From NCBI GenBank assembly GCA_023387695.1, contig JAEWHT010000025.1:17453-81452 (forward strand): a DNA stretch of 64,000 bases. The letters run 5' to 3'. The translations under genes and the position numbers were made by a program. How positions within the stretch are numbered: the stretch's first letter is position 1; each line of letters begins with the position of its first letter. The notes under the pieces are model-generated. The model was not told the origin of the DNA. It saw only the letters and a list, made by a program, of their open reading frames with translations, and searched no databases. Source of the stretch: Pseudomonadota bacterium. Its GTDB lineage: Bacteria > Pseudomonadota > Alphaproteobacteria > Rhizobiales > Xanthobacteraceae. Positions 8,093-17,264 of the stretch are shown piece by piece.

Positions 8093-10393
8093 ATGAAATT
8101 CCTTTGTCTGTTTCTTTTCAGCGCCTTGGCGCTTGTGTTCGATCCGGCCGGAGCAATGGCCGACGAGCGCATGGCGCTCGTCATGGGCAATTCGGCCTAT
8201 CAACGCGCGCCGCGACTTTCGAACGCGTCGAATGACGCCAATCTTCTGGCCGAGACCTTCAAGAAGGCCGGCTTCAGCGTCGTCGAGGCGCGCAATGATC
8301 TCTCCGCCCAGGACATGCGGCGTGCATTGCGCGATTTCGGCGCGAAGGCGCGCAATGCCGACATCGCCGTTATCTATTATGCCGGCCACGGCATCGAGAT
8401 CGACGGCAACAACTATCTGGTTCCGGTCGACGCCCAGCTCGAGAACGACACTGACGTCTATGATGAGACCGTCGGCCTCGACCGCGTGCTGGTCGCGATC
8501 GAGCCGGCCAAACGGCTGCGCCTCGTCATCCTCGACGCCTGCCGCGACAATCCGTTTTCGAAGGGCATGAAGCGGACGATGGCGTCGCGCGCGGTCGCCC
8601 GCGGGCTTGCGAAGGTCGAGCCGTCGAGCCCAAACACGTTGGTGGCCTTCGCCGCCAAGGCCGGCTTCACGGCGCTGGATGGCGATGGCAACAACAGCCC
8701 GTTCGCCACTGCGCTGGCGCATCATTTGGCAACGCCAGGCCTCGATCTGCGCAAGGCGTTCGGCTATGTGCGCGATGAGGTGCTTCAGGCTACGACCAAC
8801 AGGCAGGAGCCGTTCATCTACGGCTCGCTCGGCGGCGACGATGTGATGCTGGCGCCGGCAGCGGCACCTCCGTCGCCCGCGGCATCCGCCGACTCGAATG
8901 CGTCACGCGACTACGAATTCTCTGAACGCGTTGGCACGGTCGAAGCCTGGGATCTCTACATCGCCGCGCATCCGAGCGGATTCTACACCGATCTTGCGAA
9001 GGTTCAGCGCAACAAGCTTGCCGCGGCTGCCGGCGCCACGACAGCACCAGCCACAGCCACGATCGAGACGAAGAAGGTGCAGACTTCGACCGTGCTGCCG
9101 CCGCAGCCGGAGGCCGCAAAGCCTGTCGCAGCGCCGAAGCTCGCAGCGGTTCCATCGACCGTCACTCCGCCTGCGCTGGCTGCGCCACCGGCAGCCGAGA
9201 CAAAGAGCGTTGCCGCCGTTCCGTCGGCAAGCTGCACCACGCGGATCGCACGGCACGGCAATGACGCTGTCGGCGGCCCCTTCATTCCGGTCTCGATCAA
9301 GCCCAACGTTGAAGGCGCGAGCGTCCGCACCATCGCGGTCTCTCCCAATGGCCGCGAGATCGCCACTGCCGGCGACGACGGCGTCATCCGGCTCTGGGAT
9401 GCCTCTTCGTTCCGCCAGACGCGTGTGCTGCGGGGACATGCCGGCGCAGTCTACGCGCTCGACTACTGGACCGACGGCACGAAGCTCGCCTCGGCCGGAT
9501 GGGACGGCAAGGTCAAGGTCTGGGATCTCAAGAGCGACGGCCAAAGCGTGACGTTCGATGCGGGCACCAAACAGTTTGCGGTCGGCTTTGCACCGGAACC
9601 GACGCTCAAATATCTGGCCTCGGCTGGCGAGGATGGCGTCGTACGCATCTGGAATCTCGCCACGCGCGAGCTCGCCAAGAGCAGGCTCGATCACCCCGGC
9701 ACCGATCCCTCGCGTGCTGCCGTCCGCTCCTTAAGCTACGCTCCATCAGGCTCGGGGGAGTTCGTCTCGGCCGGTTTCGACGGCAAGATCAGATTTTATC
9801 GCACCAGCGGCACGATCGATGCGAAGGACGCCTATGGCCGCAAGGCGCTGCACGTGGCCTATTCGCCCGACGGCGCGCGCGTTGTCACCGCCGGATCGGA
9901 TGCGGAACTCGGCTCGGCGAAGGTGTGGGACGTCAAGACCGGAGCCTCGCGTGTGCTGGCTGGGCACAAGGACTACGTCGTCTCGGCCAACTGGTCCGCC
10001 GACAGCAAACGCATCGTCACTGGCGGGGGCGGACACGACAAATCGGTGAACCTGTGGGATGCCGATAGTGGCCGCTTGCTCGCAAGTTTTGCGGGCCACC
10101 AAGAGGATGTCGAAGCGGTCGCGTTCTTTCCGGGCGGCACGCGACTGATCTCAGCGAGCGAGGACAAGACCATCAAGGTCTGGGATATTTCCGAGCGCCG
10201 AATGCTCCTGACCGCCATCGGGTTCGGCGATGACGGCTATGTCAGCTTCACGCCCGAGGGCTGTTACGCGGGATCGAGCGGCGTCGAGAACCGTCTCAGC
10301 ATTTTCAACGGCAGCCGCTACGAGCCGATGTCGATGGACGCGCGCAAGGCGATGCAGGAGCCCGCCGGGTTCACGTCACTGCTGGCGCGCTAA
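8093..10393 (+). CDS. secreted caspase-family (peptidase C14) protein fused to a 7-blade WD40 propeller
   Basis: Signal peptide MKFLCLFLFSALALVFDPAGAMA. The caspase His is in YYAGHG (codon 8387-8389) and the Cys in ILDACRDNPF (codon 8540-8542). An Ala/Pro-rich linker follows, then seven WD40-like repeats (e.g. ATAGDDGVIRLWD, ASAGWDGKVKVWD, SASEDKTIKVWD). Confidence 0.85.
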   Translation: MKFLCLFLFSALALVFDPAGAMADERMALVMGNSAYQRAPRLSNASNDANLLAETFKKAGFSVVEARNDLSAQDMRRALRDFGAKARNADIAVIYYAGHGIEIDGNNYLVPVDAQLENDTDVYDETVGLDRVLVAIEPAKRLRLVILDACRDNPFSKGMKRTMASRAVARGLAKVEPSSPNTLVAFAAKAGFTALDGDGNNSPFATALAHHLATPGLDLRKAFGYVRDEVLQATTNRQEPFIYGSLGGDDVMLAPAAAPPSPAASADSNASRDYEFSERVGTVEAWDLYIAAHPSGFYTDLAKVQRNKLAAAAGATTAPATATIETKKVQTSTVLPPQPEAAKPVAAPKLAAVPSTVTPPALAAPPAAETKSVAAVPSASCTTRIARHGNDAVGGPFIPVSIKPNVEGASVRTIAVSPNGREIATAGDDGVIRLWDASSFRQTRVLRGHAGAVYALDYWTDGTKLASAGWDGKVKVWDLKSDGQSVTFDAGTKQFAVGFAPEPTLKYLASAGEDGVVRIWNLATRELAKSRLDHPGTDPSRAAVRSLSYAPSGSGEFVSAGFDGKIRFYRTSGTIDAKDAYGRKALHVAYSPDGARVVTAGSDAELGSAKVWDVKTGASRVLAGHKDYVVSANWSADSKRIVTGGGGHDKSVNLWDADSGRLLASFAGHQEDVEAVAFFPGGTRLISASEDKTIKVWDISERRMLLTAIGFGDDGYVSFTPEGCYAGSSGVENRLSIFNGSRYEPMSMDARKAMQEPAGFTSLLAR

Positions 10394-10446
10394 AGGGCGA
10401 TCCATGATAGCCTGCCCGCGATCGCCAACCCATCAGCGAGGCAAGC

Positions 10447-11259
10447 ATGTCGAGCACTGACAAGGTTTTCGCCGGCTCGGTTCCGAAGCTCTACGACGAA
10501 TACCTGGTCCCGCTGATCTTCTCCGTTTATGCCGACGACCTCGCCGGGCGCATCGCTGCGCTGTCGCCCTCGGACCTGCTCGAGATCGCCGCAGGCACAG
10601 GCGCGGTGACACGAGCCGTGGCGGCGCTGCTGCCGTCAGGTGTCCGCTATGTCGCGACCGATCTCAACGAGCCCATGCTTGCGGTGGCGAAGCAACGTCA
10701 GGGCGACGATCCCCGCATGTCTTGGCGTCAGGCCGATGCGCTGACGCTGCCCTTCGACAACGCCACGTTCGACGTTGTCTGCTGCCAGTTCGGCGCGATG
10801 TTTTTTCCAGATCGCAGCAAGGGCTACGCCGAGGCCAAGCGGGTGTTGAAGCCTGGAGGCACTTACCTGTTCAACGTGTGGGACCGCATCGCAGATAATG
10901 TCTTCGCGGATGACGCGACCGCCACACTCGGCAAGGTGTTTTCCGACAATCCGCCCCTGTTCATGGCGCGGACGCCGCACGGCTATCACGACAAGGCTGT
11001 CATCAACGCCGATCTCGAGCGCGCGGGCTTCAAGGACATCTCGATCGAAACCAGGACGGCGATGAGCCGCGCACCCTCAGCGGAGTATGTCGCGATTGCG
11101 TACTGCCAGGGAACGCCGCTGCGGGGCGAGATCGAGGCCAGGGATGCCAGCAAGCTTGACGCGGCGACGGACGCGGTCGCCGAGGCGATCCGGAAGCGCC
11201 ACGGCTCCGGGCCGGTCGAAGCGAAGATTCAGGCGCTGGTGATCACGGCAAGGCCGTAG
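10447..11259 (+). CDS. class I SAM-dependent methyltransferase
   Basis: Motif I LLEIAAGTGAVT, post-I YVATDLNEPM, and CCQFGAMFF (Methyltransf_11-like). The SD is GCGAGG. Confidence 0.8.
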   Translation: MSSTDKVFAGSVPKLYDEYLVPLIFSVYADDLAGRIAALSPSDLLEIAAGTGAVTRAVAALLPSGVRYVATDLNEPMLAVAKQRQGDDPRMSWRQADALTLPFDNATFDVVCCQFGAMFFPDRSKGYAEAKRVLKPGGTYLFNVWDRIADNVFADDATATLGKVFSDNPPLFMARTPHGYHDKAVINADLERAGFKDISIETRTAMSRAPSAEYVAIAYCQGTPLRGEIEARDASKLDAATDAVAEAIRKRHGSGPVEAKIQALVITARP

Positions 11260-11260
11260 T

Positions 11261-11283
11261 GGCGGGAGCAGTTGGCTCCCGCC
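11261..11283. terminator. candidate bidirectional terminator hairpin between convergent genes
   Basis: ggcgggagc-agttg-gctcccgcc, a 9-bp perfect stem, fills the 29-bp gap between the methyltransferase and the L,D-transpeptidase. Confidence 0.5.
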
Positions 11284-11288
11284 TGCGC

Positions 11289-12854
11289 TTACCAGAAGCT
11301 CCGTTGCATCGGCTGCGGCTGCATCGGCTGATAGTACTGGTACTGGCCGGCGCGGCGGCGCGGATTGACGGGTTGCGGGTTGGGATCGCGCTGCCCGAAG
11401 AAGAAGAAGCCATTGCCGCCCCAGCCATCGTCGCTGGCCATTTCCACCGGCGGTGCAGTCGGCTTGCGGGTGATGAATCCGCCTTGTGGATGGTTGCTCA
11501 GAACTGCAACGAACTCGGTGCGGTAGTTGGTCTCGGCGCTCAGCGGCTCATCCGAGATGATGATTGATGAGCGCGGCAATGCTGTCGGCGCGATGCGATC
11601 CCACACCTCCTGCGGGATGGTGATGCGATCGAGCGCATCCTTGGCGGTATCGCCCTCGTCGATGCTGACGACGCTCCAGCGCAGGCCGCCGGTGTCGTTC
11701 TTCGCCATCGCCGTGAAGATGTGCGTGCCGAGCGGCTGTTCCGGATTGCGGATTGTGACGGGAACTTCGATGCTGGTGTCGAACACCTCGCCGCCGCCAT
11801 CCGGCGCCGGCTTGTGGGTGTTGCGACGGACATAGAGCTTCTGCGTCGAGCGGCTGATGTAGACCGAGACCGGCTCAAGCGCGAGCTTGGCGTCAAGCGC
11901 CGCCTTCACGGCATCGGCCTTCTTGGTGGCGGCCGCCTTGGCAGCGTCCTTGGTGGCCGCAACCGCATCGCGCTTCGGCTGCGCAGCGGCCTTGGCGGTG
12001 TCGAGCTGGGTTGCCACATCCGCGGCCTTGGCGGCGGCCTTCTGCTTCAACTCGTCGGCCTTCGCCTTGGCTTGGTCGTTCTTGGCGTTCGCGACCAGCT
12101 TGTCCGCATAGGCGTTTTCGGAATCGGCGCGGGTCTTCTGCTGCTCCAGCTTGCGCAGCGTCGCCGGAAGCGATTGCGCTTCCTTGGCAGCCGCGGTCGC
12201 AGCCTTCTTGGTCTCGTCGGCCGCCCTGGTGGCATCCTCGGCCTCGGCGGCGAGCTTGCCGATGCGGCCGGGTGCCGCTGCAATGGCGTCCTTGCTCGGG
12301 ATGAACAGCGAGGGATGCGAGAAATCGACCGGGGCGGCGTCGTTCGGCGAAATGATTACCCGCATGCCGATATCGGTCTTGTTGAACAGGCTCTCGGCAA
12401 AATTAAAGGGCATGCGCACGCAGCCGTGCGAGGCCGCGTAGCCGGGCAGCGGTCCGCCATGCAGCGCGATGCCGTTCCAGGTGATGCGCTGCATGTTCGG
12501 CATCCAGGCATCGTCATACATCGACGAATGGTGATCCTTGTCCTTCTCGACGACGGCAAAAACGCCGGCCGGCGTCTCACGCCCGGTCGTACCGGTCGAG
12601 ACCGGCGCGCGCAGGATCCAACCTTCCGAATCGTAGAAAGTGACCTGCTGGCTCTTGATCGACACGATCGCCATGATCGGATCGCCGGCTTCGCGCGGCG
12701 CCACTGCCTCGGCGATCTGGCGCGGCTGCTTCGCCGCCATCGCGCCCGGAGTTGGCGCGGCCAGCGCAAGTGCCGCAGCGAGCATCACAATTCCGGGAGC
12801 CCCCCAACGCCGCATCACGCCACTGGATTGCGCCGTCGTCATCAGGTCTTTCAT
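11289..12854 (-). CDS. L,D-transpeptidase (YkuD) family protein with an Ala/Lys coiled-coil, a second degenerate domain and a Gln/Pro/Tyr-rich tail
   Basis: Catalytic motif IALHGGPLPGYAASHGCVRM and an N-terminal signal-like segment. A long AAKA/KAD-rich middle region is present. The C-terminus reads QYQYYQPMQPQPMQRSFW. Confidence 0.85.
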   Translation of the reverse strand: MKDLMTTAQSSGVMRRWGAPGIVMLAAALALAAPTPGAMAAKQPRQIAEAVAPREAGDPIMAIVSIKSQQVTFYDSEGWILRAPVSTGTTGRETPAGVFAVVEKDKDHHSSMYDDAWMPNMQRITWNGIALHGGPLPGYAASHGCVRMPFNFAESLFNKTDIGMRVIISPNDAAPVDFSHPSLFIPSKDAIAAAPGRIGKLAAEAEDATRAADETKKAATAAAKEAQSLPATLRKLEQQKTRADSENAYADKLVANAKNDQAKAKADELKQKAAAKAADVATQLDTAKAAAQPKRDAVAATKDAAKAAATKKADAVKAALDAKLALEPVSVYISRSTQKLYVRRNTHKPAPDGGGEVFDTSIEVPVTIRNPEQPLGTHIFTAMAKNDTGGLRWSVVSIDEGDTAKDALDRITIPQEVWDRIAPTALPRSSIIISDEPLSAETNYRTEFVAVLSNHPQGGFITRKPTAPPVEMASDDGWGGNGFFFFGQRDPNPQPVNPRRRAGQYQYYQPMQPQPMQRSFW

Positions 12855-13175
12855 GCCATACCCCGGTTGCCAGTCCGCAAATGATCCATCTTCGTTCAGA
12901 CTGCGATCTTTGGATTAAGAATTCGCAGCCACCATCCGTTCCGTTTCCGGCAATATTCGGTCCGTTCCGGCGACGAAACTCTCATATACGAGGGTCCGCG
13001 CGGGCGGAAGGGCGGTCCACGGCCGGAGCCGGCCCAGGAGCGGCGGACACGCTGCGGCGGAATGTCCGCTGTTGGGGGTAACAAGGACGGGATGTGTCTG
13101 GAATCACGGAGAATTGCGCTGAACCACAACATCGGTGTCGCTAGGCTCGCAGACAGCGCATCGGAGGATGAACGG

Positions 13176-13358
13176 GTGTCCTCAACTCTCTCACAGATTG
13201 CCGCGATCACGGCCGGGCTCGCGCTGTACATCATCAGCTTCGTTTTCTTCTTTACCGAAATAAATACGAAGGGCTTGTTGAAGAGCCTGACCCTTTCAGT
13301 GTCGTTGGCCGTGCTTGCGGCCGTCCTGATCAGTGTAGCCCGCAACCTCGGCGCGTGA
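13176..13358 (+). CDS. possible 60-aa two-TM membrane protein
   Basis: The GTG at 13176 is preceded by GGAGGA 7 nt upstream. Two hydrophobic segments are present (IAAITAGLALYIISFVFFF; LTLSVSLAVLAAVLISV). It lies in an AT-richer intergenic region. There is no homology support. Confidence 0.3.
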   Translation: MSSTLSQIAAITAGLALYIISFVFFFTEINTKGLLKSLTLSVSLAVLAAVLISVARNLGA

Positions 13359-13477
13359 GTCGAGCGGCTTTGTGCGGTCGCATCACACTGTAGCCGAACC
13401 AGATGGTTTTGATTTCCACTACATTCTTGTGACGTAAGCCACAGAGGCTTGCCGGATGCGCTGCTAGCTTTGCGCGC

Positions 13478-14530
13478 ATGATGAAACATCTTCGACTCCC
13501 GATCGTCCTCACAGCGCTCCTCGTCGCCACGCAAAGCTTCGCGGCCGACACCACGGGCGCTGGCTCAACCTTCGTTTCGCCCGTGATGGCGAAATGGATC
13601 GACGCTTACAAGGCGAAGACCGGCAACACCGTCAGCTATCAGGCAGTGGGATCGAGCATCGGCCTCAGTTTGATCAAGAAGGCCGCCGTCGATTTTGGCG
13701 CCACCGACATGCCGCTTGATCCCAAGGAGCTTGAGAAGCTCGGCATGATCCAGTTTCCGATTGTGATCGGGGGCGTCGTTCCCGTCGTCAACATCGACGG
13801 CGTCAAGCCGGGCCAGATACATTTCTCGGGCGAGGTGCTCGCCGGCATCTATCTCGGCAAGATCAAGAGCTGGAGCGATCCGGCGATTCGCACCATCAAC
13901 CCCGAACTGAAATTACCCAACGCGCCGATCACCGTCGTGCATCGCATCGACGGCTCCGGCACGACGTTCAACTGGTCGAATTATCTTTCCAAGGTCAGCT
14001 CGCAATGGAAGACCAGCGTCGGCGAAGGAACCGCGGTCGAATGGCCGGTGGGCCTCGGCGGACGCGGCAATGATGGCGTCGCTTCGCTCGTGGGCCTCGT
14101 GCCCGGCTCGATCGGTTATCTCGAATATGCCTACGCACTGCAGCGGCTGGACAAGATCTCGTTCGGCGTGGTGCAGAACAGCGCTGGGAATTTCGTCGTC
14201 CCCGATGCGGCATCGTTCCAGGCAGCCGCCTCGAGCGCGGACTTGACGGCCGACAAGGATTTCCACCTCGTCCTCACCAACGCGCCGGGCGAGGATGCCT
14301 ATCCGATCACCGCGACGACGTTCGTGGTGATGCCGAAGCAGCCGAAATCCCCGGAGAGGTCGGCTGCGGCCATCGACTTCGTGCGCTGGTCGCTGGAGAA
14401 CGGCAAGCCGCAGGCCGAAACACTCAACTATGTTCCGCTGCCGCCGACGCTGATCGAGCAAGTCGAGATGTATTGGCAGCAGAGCCTTGGACCGACGACC
14501 GTGACGGCGTCCGCCAGCGTCAAGCGCTGA
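13478..14530 (+). CDS. pstS: phosphate ABC transporter substrate-binding protein PstS (orphan; no pstCAB downstream)
   Basis: Signal peptide followed by TGAGSTFVSPVMAKW..YQAVGSSIGL..FGATDMPL, a PstS-typical N-terminus. Confidence 0.85.
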   Translation: MMKHLRLPIVLTALLVATQSFAADTTGAGSTFVSPVMAKWIDAYKAKTGNTVSYQAVGSSIGLSLIKKAAVDFGATDMPLDPKELEKLGMIQFPIVIGGVVPVVNIDGVKPGQIHFSGEVLAGIYLGKIKSWSDPAIRTINPELKLPNAPITVVHRIDGSGTTFNWSNYLSKVSSQWKTSVGEGTAVEWPVGLGGRGNDGVASLVGLVPGSIGYLEYAYALQRLDKISFGVVQNSAGNFVVPDAASFQAAASSADLTADKDFHLVLTNAPGEDAYPITATTFVVMPKQPKSPERSAAAIDFVRWSLENGKPQAETLNYVPLPPTLIEQVEMYWQQSLGPTTVTASASVKR

Positions 14531-14542
14531 GGCACAACTTAT

Positions 14543-14566
14543 GGCGCGCCGGATTTACGGCGCGCC
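14543..14566. terminator. candidate bidirectional terminator hairpin
   Basis: ggcgcgcc-ggatttac-ggcgcgcc, an 8-bp stem between pstS and the convergent CoA-transferase. The right arm overlaps the last codons of the CoA-transferase. Confidence 0.4.
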
Positions 14567-15748
14567 AACGGCCTTGTTGGCAACGAGCGTATCGATCTCG
14601 GCGTCGGTCAATCCCGCCTCACGCAACACCTCGCGCGAATGCTCGCCAAGGCGCGGCGCCATGCGATGAATCCCAGCCGGGCTTTCGGAGAATTTTGTCG
14701 CCGGCCGCGCCTGGCGGATCTTCCCCTCGGTCGGATGATCGATATCGGCAAACAAGCCGACGGCCTCAAGATGCGGCTGCTCGCCGATTTCGGTCAGCTT
14801 GGCGAACGCCGTGTGCGGCACATCGAGCCGCAGCAGCAATTCCTCCCACTCCGCCGTAGTGCGAGTCGGCCCGATCTCGCTCATGCGATCGTAGACCTTG
14901 TCGATGTTCTGGGAGCGCAACACGGGATCGCGCACGCCCAGCTCTTCGATCAACTCGGGGCGACCAACGGCCTCGAAGAAGGCGCACCAATTGTCCCCGG
15001 AATAGGGCAGCATCGTCAGCCAGCCATCTTTGGTCTTCACCGGACGCCGGTTCTTCATGCGCTTGTAGCCGGTCGGGCCGATCGGCGGATCGAAGGCGTG
15101 CCCGCCCAGCATCTCGATGCTGTTGAAGCCTGCGATTGTCTCCAGCATCGGCACCTCGACCATCTGACCCTGCCCGGTGCGTTCGCGCCGGAACAAAGCG
15201 GCGGACACGGCGCCAACCATCGCCATGGCGCAGATCTTGTCGCCGATCAGGCTCGGGACAAACTCAGGCTTCTCGTCCGATCCGATCGATGATGCGAGAC
15301 CGGACGCCGCCTGGATGATCTCGTCGAAGGCGGGGCGCGCCGCCCATGGGCCGTCCTGACCAAAGCCGGTCGCGGCCGCATAGATCAGCCGCGGGTTGAG
15401 CTTTGCGCAGTCGCCGTAGCCGAAGCCCAGCCGCGCCATCGCTGCGGGGCGTACATTGGTGACGAGCGCATCCACGGTCGGGATCAGCTTGGCGAGCGCC
15501 GCTTTGCCATCCGGATGTTTCAGGTCGAGCGCGAGGCTGCGCTTGTTGCGATTGACCGCCATGAACTGGCCGCTCATGCCGCGGTTCCGGAACAGGCCGG
15601 CGTAGCGCCAGGTGTCACCCGACGGCGGCTCGATCTTGATGACGTCGGCGCCCCAGTCGCCGAGCATTTGCGCGGCATAGGGACCGAACAGCACACTGGT
15701 CAGATCGAGAACGCGGATACCGCTGAGAGGGCCGGTCGGTGTCGCCAT
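14555..15748 (-). CDS. family III CoA-transferase (CaiB/BaiF family)
   Basis: GIRVLDLTSVLFGPYAAQMLGDWGADVIKIEPP motif. The ATG at 15748 is used; the listed start at 15793 is TTG. Confidence 0.85.
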   Translation of the reverse strand: MATPTGPLSGIRVLDLTSVLFGPYAAQMLGDWGADVIKIEPPSGDTWRYAGLFRNRGMSGQFMAVNRNKRSLALDLKHPDGKAALAKLIPTVDALVTNVRPAAMARLGFGYGDCAKLNPRLIYAAATGFGQDGPWAARPAFDEIIQAASGLASSIGSDEKPEFVPSLIGDKICAMAMVGAVSAALFRRERTGQGQMVEVPMLETIAGFNSIEMLGGHAFDPPIGPTGYKRMKNRRPVKTKDGWLTMLPYSGDNWCAFFEAVGRPELIEELGVRDPVLRSQNIDKVYDRMSEIGPTRTTAEWEELLLRLDVPHTAFAKLTEIGEQPHLEAVGLFADIDHPTEGKIRQARPATKFSESPAGIHRMAPRLGEHSREVLREAGLTDAEIDTLVANKAVGAP

Positions 15749-15837
15749 GTCTTCACTGTTGTTGGAGGAAGCGGTCGCGGGAGGGTCCAGCAAACGGGCA
15801 AGGGCTGCGCCCTGCCCGCCTGCCGCGGAGGTCGAGA

Positions 15838-17049
15838 CTACTCGCCCAAGACGTCGCCGAACAGCTCCCAGGATTTTCCGTTGAAGCGAGCCATCTGCAA
15901 TTGGCGGATCGGCGTCACCTGCTCGGCCGAGGTGTTGAGCTTGATGCCCGGCAGCAGCATCGGCAGTTCGACGTCCTTGAAGGATTGCGCCTGCTTCATC
16001 AGGTTGGCGCGCGTGAGATCGTTGCCGGCGCGGTTCAGCACCATCTCCATCATCTGTGCCATGGTGTAGCCGGTGACGTTGAAGATGTCGGCCGGATCAG
16101 CGCCGGAATTGTAGGCCTTCATCCATTCACGCCACGCCTTCATGCCGGCGTCGTTCTCCCAACGGGGATCACCGGGGTCCTTCAGGAAAGCGCCGGTGAC
16201 GATGCCGACGGAATTTTCGAGACCGGCAGGCGCCAGCACGGAGCCGACGGAATTGGAGACGGCCGGAACGATGATCTGCGGCTTCCAGCCGAGCTCAGCG
16301 ACCTTCTTGATTGCTTGGGCCGCAAATTTCGGCGTGCATTCGTTGAAGAGCACGTCGGCACCTGAGGCCTTGAACTTGACGATCTGGGAATCGACGGTCG
16401 CGTCCGTCGTCTCGTAGACGGCTTCCGACACGATCTGGTTGACGTGCTCTCCGAGCCCTTCCTTGAAGCCGGCAAGATAGTCGCGGCCGGGATCCTCGTT
16501 CGGCGTGATCACGGCAATCTTGGCGTCGGGCTTGTTCGCCAGAATCCATTTGGCGTAGATTCGCCCTTCGGTCCGATAGGTCGGCTGCGAACCTGTGGTC
16601 CAAGGGAAATGCTGCGGATCGTTCCAGCGGCTGGCGCCGCTCGACGGGAAAAGTTGCGGGACCTTCTTGCCATTGAGATATTTCTGGGCCGCGATGTTCG
16701 GGCCGGTGCCGAGCGACGAGAACATCGCCAGGACCTCGTCGCTCTCGACGAGACGGCGCGTCTGCTCGACGGTCTTCGCCGGCGAGTAAGCGTCGTCCAT
16801 GCTGAGAAGCTCAACCTTGCGGCCGTTGATACCGCCCTTCTCGTTGAGCATCTTGAAATAGGCGATCTCGGCGCGGCCGATCGCGGAATAGGCCGACGCC
16901 GGTCCCGAATAGGGCATGGTTTGACCGAGCTTGATGCCGGTGTCGGTCGCGCCGGTGTCGTAGTTTCCGGCTCTCGCGACCGAGGCAGCGCCCAGGGCGG
17001 CAAACAGAGCGACGGCTCCGCCGATGAATTTGAATGTCTGGCCGGCCAT
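15838..17049 (-). CDS. periplasmic solute-binding protein, Leu/Ile/Val-type family (orphan)
   Basis: Signal peptide ..GAASVARA and a family-typical pattern. The ATG at 17049 has GGAAGGAG 9 nt upstream; the ATG at 17058 abuts the SD. Confidence 0.85.
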   Translation of the reverse strand: MAGQTFKFIGGAVALFAALGAASVARAGNYDTGATDTGIKLGQTMPYSGPASAYSAIGRAEIAYFKMLNEKGGINGRKVELLSMDDAYSPAKTVEQTRRLVESDEVLAMFSSLGTGPNIAAQKYLNGKKVPQLFPSSGASRWNDPQHFPWTTGSQPTYRTEGRIYAKWILANKPDAKIAVITPNEDPGRDYLAGFKEGLGEHVNQIVSEAVYETTDATVDSQIVKFKASGADVLFNECTPKFAAQAIKKVAELGWKPQIIVPAVSNSVGSVLAPAGLENSVGIVTGAFLKDPGDPRWENDAGMKAWREWMKAYNSGADPADIFNVTGYTMAQMMEMVLNRAGNDLTRANLMKQAQSFKDVELPMLLPGIKLNTSAEQVTPIRQLQMARFNGKSWELFGDVLGE

Positions 17050-17264
17050 GCGCGGCATCTCCTTCCCTGGCAGAGCGCATCGACGCGCGAGCCCGCAAGG
17101 CCGCGGTCAACGTCCTCCACTTCTGTTCTTGGTTGTCATCGGCCGCATCGCGCGCGATGGCGGCGGAGCAGACGTTACATAGATTATTGGGCGTGAGATG
17201 TAGCGCAGAATTCAGATGCGTATGCGCGAGCCGCAGCCGTTCCGTGTGACGGTTGATCGGCGGC

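Noticed and set aside
13380-13477. Looked for a Pho box (tandem CTGTCAT-like repeats) upstream of pstS
   Set aside because: Only loose matches are present (for example cacactgtagcc, ttgtgacgtaagccacag). I cannot support a call without a species-specific matrix.
12896-13534. 212-aa minus-strand ORF spanning the pstS upstream gap
   Set aside because: It has poor codon character, overlaps the pstS start and has no motifs. The region is more likely non-coding or holds only the small plus-strand ORF.
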